IMG/VR virus record: IMGVR_UViG_3300012952_000019
Coordinates: 30,484-94,483 of that record
DNA: 64,000 nucleotides
From: a virus
Taxonomy: Duplodnaviria; Caudoviricetes
Reading direction: 5' to 3' (one strand)
Shown: piece after piece, positions 1 through 6,478 of the stretch
Layout of the letters: each line of letters begins with the position of its first letter
How positions within the stretch are numbered: the first letter of the stretch is position 1
Made by a program: the position numbers and the translations under genes
The notes under the pieces: generated by a model
The model's database searches: none
What the model saw: the letters and a program-made list of their open reading frames with translations, nothing else
Told to the model about the DNA's origin: nothing

Positions 1-57
1 TGCAAAGCGGATGCAAATTTGATAATCAAAAATGACAAAATTTACATAGGCATTTAA
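1..57 (+). CDS. 3' end of an upstream hypothetical ORF (partial)
   Basis: Open frame CKADANLIIKNDKIYIGI* ending TAA at 55-57, 4 nt before the next ATG. Confidence 0.4.
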   Translation, partial: CKADANLIIKNDKIYIGI

Positions 58-61
58 TCGT

Positions 62-310
62 ATGACTCTCGACTATTACAACTTTATGAAAGGAGAACTA
101 ATAGAAGTAAAAAACGATATAGGGAGAATAAATTTTATATGCGAAGAATACATAACAGTAACAACAAAGCATGAAAAGAACGATACATATAAGAAAGGAT
201 ATAAAGAGACTAACGTAGTAGTAAGCAAGGCATATTGGAAAGAAATTAAATTCATTACAAGAGAACAACTATACAAAGTAACCAATAATGAACAACAGAG
301 AGAACAATAA
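62..310 (+). CDS. hypothetical phage protein
   Basis: 82-aa ORF, tightly packed with neighbours. Its G.I.FI...YIT...W pattern resembles small cyanophage proteins. Confidence 0.6.
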   Translation: MTLDYYNFMKGELIEVKNDIGRINFICEEYITVTTKHEKNDTYKKGYKETNVVVSKAYWKEIKFITREQLYKVTNNEQQREQ

Positions 311-470
311 ACCAATACTTATGAAAACGTCCGCAGATAAGATAAAATACACTTTCACGGTACTCAAGTATATCATAATAGACTTATGGGAGTCAATAAG
401 AATAAACAAATATTATCGGAAATCATTACCAGATGAATCAATATCGAAACCAAAAGAGGATATTAATTAA
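288..470 (+). CDS. hypothetical protein (uncertain)
   Basis: 60-aa ORF in very A-rich DNA overlapping the previous ORF. No recognisable motif. Confidence 0.35.
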   Translation: MNNRENNKPILMKTSADKIKYTFTVLKYIIIDLWESIRINKYYRKSLPDESISKPKEDIN

Positions 471-582
471 TATTAAAATAAATTAGGTAGTGTTGTTGTT
501 ATCGTTATTAATATGCGATCTTAATACGGTCTTAGCGTGTAAATACATAAACGTCAAGCATCTCTCATAAATCTTAACAAAC

Positions 583-611
583 TTGACAGGCACAGAGATT
601 TATGCCATAAT
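583..611 (+). promoter_or_regulatory. sigma70-type early promoter
   Basis: TTGACA (583-588), 17-bp spacer, extended TG at 603-604, CATAAT (606-611). Lies upstream of the ORF at 642. Confidence 0.8.
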
Positions 612-641
612 AAGGTATAACAGAAGTATGCCCAGTTGCCT

Positions 642-818
642 ATGATTTTACCAGGAAAGTTTAAAAGACTTGCCGAGGGTTATCCAAATTTAAAAAATAC
701 TGAACTTGTTGAATACTTCCAATTTCTTTTAGATACGGAACAGGTCACGGAGGAGACTCGGAGACATGTAGATTATTTTTTAATGGAAGGATTTTTGTAC
801 TATGTGCCAGTTGCATAA
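642..818 (+). CDS. hypothetical early protein
   Basis: ATG at 642 (the ORF track uses TTG at 636). Directly downstream of the promoter. Confidence 0.6.
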   Translation: MILPGKFKRLAEGYPNLKNTELVEYFQFLLDTEQVTEETRRHVDYFLMEGFLYYVPVA

Positions 819-861
819 GTGTCCACTAAGGGGTGCACACAGGTAACCAAAGGCTTATAAT
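804..861 (+). promoter_or_regulatory. early promoter with upstream GTGCCAGTT / AAGTGTCCAC boxes
   Basis: GTGCCAGTT 804-812, AAGTGTCCAC 817-826, weak -35 (GTGCAC 833-838), 17 bp, perfect TATAAT 856-861, then an AAGG RBS and ATG at 892. Confidence 0.7.
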
Positions 862-891
862 AATAGTATACAAACAAAGGAACATTTAAAA

Positions 892-1122
892 ATGAATCTT
901 ACACCAATCGCTGCTAATCAAACTGAAGTAGAGACAAAGAACGCTAGAGTATTTTTCAGTTATAGAACACCAGTTGCTGCTTATATCTTTGGAGAGGGAT
1001 TTGTAAAAACTTCTACTTGGTATTCAACTACAACTAGCAGACATTTAAACAAGTGGATAGGCAGAGACATTGTAGACACAGTTAAAGAGGTTCCACAGGA
1101 GTTACTTGACAACCTAGTATAA
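892..1122 (+). CDS. conserved hypothetical early phage protein
   Basis: 76 aa with FSY.TPVA...S.TTS(R/K)H.NKW motifs, a recurrent small phage family. Has its own promoter, RBS and terminator. Confidence 0.8.
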   Translation: MNLTPIAANQTEVETKNARVFFSYRTPVAAYIFGEGFVKTSTWYSTTTSRHLNKWIGRDIVDTVKEVPQELLDNLV

Positions 1123-1134
1123 GCATACTATAAT
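1106..1134 (+). promoter_or_regulatory. perfect-consensus sigma70 promoter
   Basis: TTGACA 1106-1111, exactly 17 bp, TATAAT 1129-1134. Confidence 0.85.
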
Positions 1135-1138
1135 ACAG

Positions 1139-1161
1139 AGGGCAGTTAAATGCCCTTTTTT
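1139..1161 (+). terminator. intrinsic terminator
   Basis: AGGGCA-gttaaa-TGCCCT hairpin followed by a T run, 16 nt after the stop of 892..1122. Confidence 0.7.
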
Positions 1162-1298
1162 CATGCCGACAGTTAGCCGTTATTATGGTTATATTAAAAT
1201 CGGCCACTACCCTAACCTACAAAGGTTCCCCAACGCAAGTTAAATATAAAAGCAAATAAAAAAAATCCCCAGTATAAAAAATTTCCCCAGAGGTAAAA

Positions 1299-1502
1299 AT
1301 GAACCCACAAGATGATCGTGTATGGTGTATTGAACAGTTAATACGTAAAGAGGGGTTCCTCGATAATAGAATGTATGAGTGTGCACAACAATGTGCTATA
1401 TCTGGTAGACCTGAGACTAAGGAAGAACTATATACATCATGGGAGTTATGGAAGAGTACACATCCAGACAATAATCCCTATAATCAGAGAAATAAACTAT
1501 GA
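1299..1502 (+). CDS. hypothetical protein
   Basis: 67-aa ORF with a GAGG RBS. Its stop overlaps the next ATG (ATGA). Confidence 0.7.
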   Translation: MNPQDDRVWCIEQLIRKEGFLDNRMYECAQQCAISGRPETKEELYTSWELWKSTHPDNNPYNQRNKL

Positions 1503-1660
1503 GCAAACGATTCACTACAAGGTTAGATGAAGACGATTACGGTGATCTTATCTTAACTATACCTTACGAAGTATGTGAAGAGCTTGGATGGGATACTGAA
1601 TCTGAATTAGTATATGACGCATCAGAGAATAAGTTTACACTGAAAAAATTAGAAGACTAA
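1499..1660 (+). CDS. AbrB/MazE-like swapped-hairpin DNA-binding protein (not in ORF track)
   Basis: MSKRFTTRLDEDDYGDLILTIPYEVCEELGWDTESELVYDASENKFTLKKLED (53 aa). The G.L.LTIP..V...LGW.....L pattern is AbrB-like. ATGA-coupled to the upstream ORF. Confidence 0.7.
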   Translation: MSKRFTTRLDEDDYGDLILTIPYEVCEELGWDTESELVYDASENKFTLKKLED

Positions 1661-1663
1661 ATA
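1657..1663 (+). promoter_or_regulatory. putative T4-like late promoter (CTAAATA)
   Basis: TAAATA core about 25 nt before the ATG at 1689. Confidence 0.5.
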
Positions 1664-1688
1664 GCCGTGAGGCATTTCTGAAGTTACT

Positions 1689-1943
1689 ATGAGTTTTATT
1701 AAAGAACAAGTAAAAAGATTTTTCACTACAGGTAAGTGGGCATTGAAGTTAATCTTCCTTGTAGTACTTGTTGAGTTAGGTATAGTTGTCGGTGCTATTG
1801 CAACTCAAGAGTTAGATGAGAATGACAGCAATAACATCAAACACATCTTGTCGTTAGTTGCTACAAAGTCCTTTGCTTTATATGCAGCAGAGAAAGGTAA
1901 TGGTAATGATCGGTATGTTAAACTTAAAGAATCTGAGGCTTAA
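1689..1943 (+). CDS. small membrane protein
   Basis: Basic N-terminus, a strong TM segment (WALKLIFLVVLVELGIVVGAIA) and a weaker second hydrophobic helix. Confidence 0.7.
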   Translation: MSFIKEQVKRFFTTGKWALKLIFLVVLVELGIVVGAIATQELDENDSNNIKHILSLVATKSFALYAAEKGNGNDRYVKLKESEA

Positions 1944-2028
1944 GAGACTATTGCAGAGGTCTTTTCCGAATAAGAAGATAGTGATTACAGATAATAAGGA
2001 TGGTTCTCAGACCATTTTGATTACTTAA
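1906..2028 (+). CDS. small basic hypothetical protein (not in ORF track)
   Basis: MIGMLNLKNLRLKRLLQRSFPNKKIVITDNKDGSQTILIT. Fills the gap to 2047. Alternative in-frame ATGs at 1882, 1900 and 1915. Confidence 0.45.
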   Translation: MIGMLNLKNLRLKRLLQRSFPNKKIVITDNKDGSQTILIT

Positions 2029-2046
2029 CTTCCCGCGATCCACATA

Positions 2047-2655
2047 ATGCCGAGAATATTTGAATTATTTCCTACTCCTGTGTTTGAATCGGGGATTACT
2101 CCCTGTGAGGAGTGGGTGCGTTTCGCTTCCGAGACTCCATACGGGCGGTATCCACGTGACCCGAACTCGATTTCGATTGATAAGAACGTATTAGATAGTA
2201 TTCCTGTACTAAAAGAAGAGATTACAAACGCTTGTAAGGTGTTTGCTTACGATTATTTGGGTGTGATGCAGCATAATGACATCTATATTAGTCGTTCGTG
2301 GTGTGTAAAACATAAAAAAGGGGACTGGGCGGGTCTACATGCTCATATAAACTCGATATGGAGTGGAATATATTACCTTAAGTGTGACGATCATAGTGGA
2401 AATTTAGTATTTGAGAAGAGTTGGGGACATAATACATGCTTTACTAGTACAATGCAACCTGATCATATGATTAATCATCTAAATCAGAACGCTTTTTCGT
2501 TTACTCCTGTAGATGGTAGTCTGTTAATCTTCCCTTCTCACCTTCAACATAAGGTATTAGAGAGTTCATCTGCAGATTTACGTTACTGTATTGCATTTGA
2601 TGTTTACATAAAAGGAGAAATAGGTTATACTAATGGTAATGGTATTACCCTATGA
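2047..2655 (+). CDS. 2OG-Fe(II) oxygenase, TIGR02466-like
   Basis: Motifs SW, HAH.NS.WSGIYYL, G.LLIFPS.L.HKV and R..IAF. Confidence 0.85.
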   Translation: MPRIFELFPTPVFESGITPCEEWVRFASETPYGRYPRDPNSISIDKNVLDSIPVLKEEITNACKVFAYDYLGVMQHNDIYISRSWCVKHKKGDWAGLHAHINSIWSGIYYLKCDDHSGNLVFEKSWGHNTCFTSTMQPDHMINHLNQNAFSFTPVDGSLLIFPSHLQHKVLESSSADLRYCIAFDVYIKGEIGYTNGNGITL

Positions 2656-2882
2656 GTATTAAAGAGTGTCCTAAGTGTGGTGCTTGTTGGATAGACAATC
2701 AATTATACTGGGCAGATGGTAAAATGGCATGTCCACATGACTTAGCAGGTCTTGTTTGCAATTTACCTGACAAAGCACTCGAAGAAATGCCAAAGGGTGA
2801 CTGTATAAACCCCTGTAAAGGAACCACAAGTGGCATAACATGGAAACATAGAGAGCAACTGTTGGATTTCTTTGATATATAA
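2652..2882 (+). CDS. Cys-rich conserved hypothetical protein
   Basis: Motifs CPKCGA.W, YW.G, DLAGLVCN and CINP, typical of a small cyanophage family. Likely binds Zn. Confidence 0.75.
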   Translation: MSIKECPKCGACWIDNQLYWADGKMACPHDLAGLVCNLPDKALEEMPKGDCINPCKGTTSGITWKHREQLLDFFDI

Positions 2883-2897
2883 ATTAAACTCTCCCAA

Positions 2898-3113
2898 ATG
2901 ATCAACTTACGTGACAAAATTCTAGCGTCGCAAATCAGTTACTACCAAGGACTTATTTGTAAGCATCAGCAAAATGTTGAAATCTATCTTAACAACCCAG
3001 TTGGTATAGGTGAACATCCTGATGTGATGGCTGCAATAGACCAAGAGATAGGTGCTATTGCTCAGAATCATGAAAAGATTGATATCATCAATCACTATTT
3101 CTTAAATGCCTAA
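2898..3113 (+). CDS. conserved hypothetical protein of T4-like cyanophages
   Basis: Motif H..NVEIYL.NPVGIGEH.D. TATAAATT at 2878-2885 lies just upstream. Confidence 0.8.
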   Translation: MINLRDKILASQISYYQGLICKHQQNVEIYLNNPVGIGEHPDVMAAIDQEIGAIAQNHEKIDIINHYFLNA

Positions 3114-3372
3114 GTACGAACTAGAAGGAGCATATGACGAACACTGGCAAGAACAATGGAAGTTCAACCAGACTGTTGGTAGTGCTTTGGAACAGATCGC
3201 AAATAGACTAACAGAATTAGAGAAAAAGGTCTCAGAACTGCCTACAAGTGACAAAACTTTCTATAAACCGTATGGTTATGACGATTATTTGTCATTATAC
3301 GACACTTTAGACGCTATTTTTAAGCGTTTAGACAATTTAGAGGGCAAAAAACGCACTTTTGGTAAACTTTAA
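3106..3372 (+). CDS. hypothetical coiled-coil protein
   Basis: 88-aa ORF overlapping the previous stop, with heptad segments. Confidence 0.7.
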   Translation: MPKYELEGAYDEHWQEQWKFNQTVGSALEQIANRLTELEKKVSELPTSDKTFYKPYGYDDYLSLYDTLDAIFKRLDNLEGKKRTFGKL

Positions 3373-3382
3373 CACTATTTTT

Positions 3383-3487
3383 ATGAAAAAACCTAAAAAA
3401 ACCCGTCAAGGGAACAGTATTTGCACAAAATATGCTGCATCTTCGCGGAATGGTAAAAGAAAGAAATATCGTGGGCAAGGTAAATAA
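3383..3487 (+). CDS. small Lys/Arg-rich peptide (not in ORF track)
   Basis: MKKPKKTRQGNSICTKYAASSRNGKRKKYRGQGK (34 aa). The PKKTRQG...SRN...YRGQG pattern recurs in T4-like phages. Its stop overlaps the next ATG (TAATG). Confidence 0.75.
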   Translation: MKKPKKTRQGNSICTKYAASSRNGKRKKYRGQGK

Positions 3488-3678
3488 TGGATGAAGTTGA
3501 AGAGTCTTGGAGCGAGTCTCGACTCAATAAACCAAAAAAATATCCGATGCCTTTATGGTTAACGGATGAAGAATTTGACAAAATGGTTGAATCACTATGG
3601 ATCCGAAGGAAGTCGGATCAGTTGTGTGAAAAATTATGGACTAGAATGAGTGCAATAAAAGATGTAGTGCGTGACTAA
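3487..3678 (+). CDS. hypothetical protein
   Basis: 63-aa ORF translationally coupled to the basic peptide. Confidence 0.6.
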   Translation: MDEVEESWSESRLNKPKKYPMPLWLTDEEFDKMVESLWIRRKSDQLCEKLWTRMSAIKDVVRD

Positions 3679-3681
3679 ATA
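3675..3681 (+). promoter_or_regulatory. putative late promoter (CTAAATA)
   Basis: TAAATA core upstream of the SET-gp25 unit. Confidence 0.55.
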
Positions 3682-3703
3682 ATAATTAGTTAGATTATGA
3701 ATC

Positions 3704-4033
3704 GTGACTTATCAGGCATTACCCGAAGGACTGTACATTAAAGACTCCCCTATAGCAGGGCAAGGCATATTTACTAGTAAATCCCTTGAAGTTGGTACAG
3801 AATTAGGTATGTCTCACATAGTTATCGCAGATGAGATCATCAGAACTCCTCTTGGAGGGTTTATTAACCATAATGATGTCCCAAATTGCGAGAAATTATG
3901 TCCAAGGGTGGAAAAAATGTATAATTTGACCAAAACCCATTATAAGTCAATAAAGAAATATTATGTAAAGGTAATAAAACCTATTGGTGAAGGTGAAGAA
4001 TTATTCTTGAGTTACACTTTCTATAAGGTATAA
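3704..4033 (+). CDS. minimal SET-domain protein (putative lysine methyltransferase)
   Basis: SET motifs S.IAGQGIF, GFINH...PNC and I..GEEL.L.Y. GTG start. Its stop overlaps the gp25 ATG. Confidence 0.8.
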   Translation: MTYQALPEGLYIKDSPIAGQGIFTSKSLEVGTELGMSHIVIADEIIRTPLGGFINHNDVPNCEKLCPRVEKMYNLTKTHYKSIKKYYVKVIKPIGEGEELFLSYTFYKV

Positions 4034-4452
4034 TGGCAATTAAAGAGATAAGAGGATCTAAAGAGAACCTTTCAAGAGGTTTTAAGGACGTTGGTATTGG
4101 ATTTTTACTTAATACGTTCACTAAAGATGCTGCAGTTGTTAAAGATGCGAATGCCATTAAACAAGCTATCAAAAATTTAGTGCTTACACAGCAGGGGGAA
4201 AAGTTGTTTCAACCTGAGATAGGATCTGGTGTATATGAATTACTCTTTGAACCTATGGATCCGTTTACAGCAGATTCTATTAGGGATGAGATAATAAATA
4301 CTCTTGGTCAGTACGAACCTAGAATTACCATATCAGAGGTAACTGTTCTAGCTAACGAAGAAACTAACCAATTTGATGTAACGGTTGAGTATAGAATTGT
4401 AGGTCAACCTATTGTGGAAACAGTCAATTTCATCTTGCAGAGACCTGAGTAA
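4033..4452 (+). CDS. gp25: baseplate wedge subunit gp25
   Basis: AIKQAIKNLVLT..GE..F.PEIGS...LLFEP and YEPRI motifs. Precedes gp6. Confidence 0.92.
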   Translation: MAIKEIRGSKENLSRGFKDVGIGFLLNTFTKDAAVVKDANAIKQAIKNLVLTQQGEKLFQPEIGSGVYELLFEPMDPFTADSIRDEIINTLGQYEPRITISEVTVLANEETNQFDVTVEYRIVGQPIVETVNFILQRPE

Positions 4453-6473
4453 TGCAACCAAATAATTTAACAGCATTAGATTTTGGCGATATTAAAGCGT
4501 CAATCAAATCATATCTAAGAACCAGACCTGAGTTTACCGATTATGACTTCGAGGGTGCTGCTTTATCGTATCTAATAGACACTTTAGCATATAATACGTA
4601 TTATACATCATTCAATGCTAATATGGCGATGAATGAGGCATTCCTGCCATCCGCTACAGTAAGAGATAACGTTGTTAATATAGCAAAACTACTAAATTAC
4701 GTTCCGACCTCTATAGTCGCTTCTAGGGCAACTATATCGATGACAGTTCAGTGTCTTAAGACAAGTGATGTTTATCCTAGTAATGTTACCTTAAAGAAAG
4801 GTGCAATATTACAGGGTGGATCGTTTATGTGGAATATTCTATCAGATACTACTGTTTCTGTTGATCCTACTACTGGTCTTGCAACATTTAGTAACATAGT
4901 TGTCAAACAAGGAACTATTCTTAACTTTGCATACACTGTTAATACCTTTGCTTCTCAAATTTACAAGATTCCTTCAGAAAACTGTGATATTTCTACTTTA
5001 ACAGTAAATGTAAAAGCAACTGAGACATCCACAACATCTGATTTATACAATAGAGTAGATACTATTAGTAATCTCTCTGCTACATCTCGTGTATACTTCA
5101 TTCATGAAGGTGAAGATATGCGTTATGAGTTAAAATTTGGAGATGATAGTATTGGTAGAGCATTAAGTGATGGTGAAGTTGTAACACTAGAGTATCTTGT
5201 TACTGATGGTGAACCTGCTAATGATGTTAATGTATTCAACTTCATTGGTAGATTAACTGATAGTTTAGGTAGAGCATATACTGGATCAAGTGTAACTATG
5301 ACTTTAGATGAGAAGTCTGGTTATGGAGAAAATGCTGAAACTATAGAATCTATCAAATATAACGCTCCTAGGTACTATTCCTCTCAATATAGAGCAGTTA
5401 CTGCACAAGATTACGCAATCATCACTAAAAAGGTGTATGATAACGCACATTCCGTAGTTGCGTATGGTGGAGATTCATTAAATCCTCCAATTTACGGTAA
5501 AGTTTACATCGCTATTAAGACAAAGACGGGATCTTTGCTTAATGATCAAACTAAAAAGAGTATTGCTGCAGATTTACGCGGTTATGCGATGGCATCTATT
5601 GATCCTGTGGTCATTGATCCAGAAAATGTATACATCTATCCAAAAGTTTTCGTTCAGTATGATACTGGATGCGGAAGTGATACATCAACTATAAAAACAA
5701 ATGTAGCATCAGCAATAGAAGATTGGGCAACACAGACTGAAATTAATAACTTTAATTCTACCTTTAGATCATCACAGTTTGAAAAAGCGATTACACTAGC
5801 AGATAGATGTGTTAGTGACGTATCACTTCAAACTACAATACTAAGATACATCTTACCTACTACCAATCAAACTAATACTTACACAATCTCAACTGGATCT
5901 GCACTCTATAATAGTGCTCCTTCTAAAGACGGTAGTGACGGAACTAATCCAAAAGAACCTATTCTACTCTCTGGATCGTTTAGAACCGCAGATAGACCTG
6001 GTGTCGATCAACAGTTTGAAGATGATGGATATGGAAATCTAAGAACATACTACAATACAGGAACACGAAAAATCTATACAAATAATACTGCGGGTACTTG
6101 TAACTACGATACAGGGGAAATTGCTTTTGGTCCTGTTGCAATTATAGGTGCGGGTGCAAATTTTGCAACTGCAGGAATAAATATCACTAATTCTACTACT
6201 GGAGCAGGTTCAGTTACTGATGCAACTCTACTCCCTGTAGATTTACAAATTCCAGTTCAATTTATTCCAGCAAACTCAAATAGCATTCCTGCTTCAACAC
6301 CTGGTACAATTATTAATATTGTGTTACCAGAAATTACTGTAGCACCTGTAGGAACAGCACCACCTCCAACTATACCACTAAATAGTTTGACACCGACTAT
6401 TTTTGACCAGACACCAGCTACGGTGACAGTCACAACAACAGGATCAACCAACTTAAATACTGCTTCTTACTAG
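4452..6473 (+). CDS. gp6: baseplate wedge subunit gp6
   Basis: LDF..IK, FTDYDFEG, LAYNT.Y..FNANM, FGD...G, E..ESIK.NAP and RAVTAQDY motifs. Confidence 0.93.
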   Translation: MQPNNLTALDFGDIKASIKSYLRTRPEFTDYDFEGAALSYLIDTLAYNTYYTSFNANMAMNEAFLPSATVRDNVVNIAKLLNYVPTSIVASRATISMTVQCLKTSDVYPSNVTLKKGAILQGGSFMWNILSDTTVSVDPTTGLATFSNIVVKQGTILNFAYTVNTFASQIYKIPSENCDISTLTVNVKATETSTTSDLYNRVDTISNLSATSRVYFIHEGEDMRYELKFGDDSIGRALSDGEVVTLEYLVTDGEPANDVNVFNFIGRLTDSLGRAYTGSSVTMTLDEKSGYGENAETIESIKYNAPRYYSSQYRAVTAQDYAIITKKVYDNAHSVVAYGGDSLNPPIYGKVYIAIKTKTGSLLNDQTKKSIAADLRGYAMASIDPVVIDPENVYIYPKVFVQYDTGCGSDTSTIKTNVASAIEDWATQTEINNFNSTFRSSQFEKAITLADRCVSDVSLQTTILRYILPTTNQTNTYTISTGSALYNSAPSKDGSDGTNPKEPILLSGSFRTADRPGVDQQFEDDGYGNLRTYYNTGTRKIYTNNTAGTCNYDTGEIAFGPVAIIGAGANFATAGINITNSTTGAGSVTDATLLPVDLQIPVQFIPANSNSIPASTPGTIINIVLPEITVAPVGTAPPPTIPLNSLTPTIFDQTPATVTVTTTGSTNLNTASY

Positions 6474-6478
6474 AGTAG

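Noticed and set aside
460-473. 14-bp perfect palindrome ATATTAATTAATAT
   Set aside because: A/T-only in very AT-rich DNA, so likely by chance.
529-557. Possible divergent minus-strand promoter (TTGACG-17-TAAGAC)
   Set aside because: The -10 lacks the conserved final T and no credible minus-strand gene follows.
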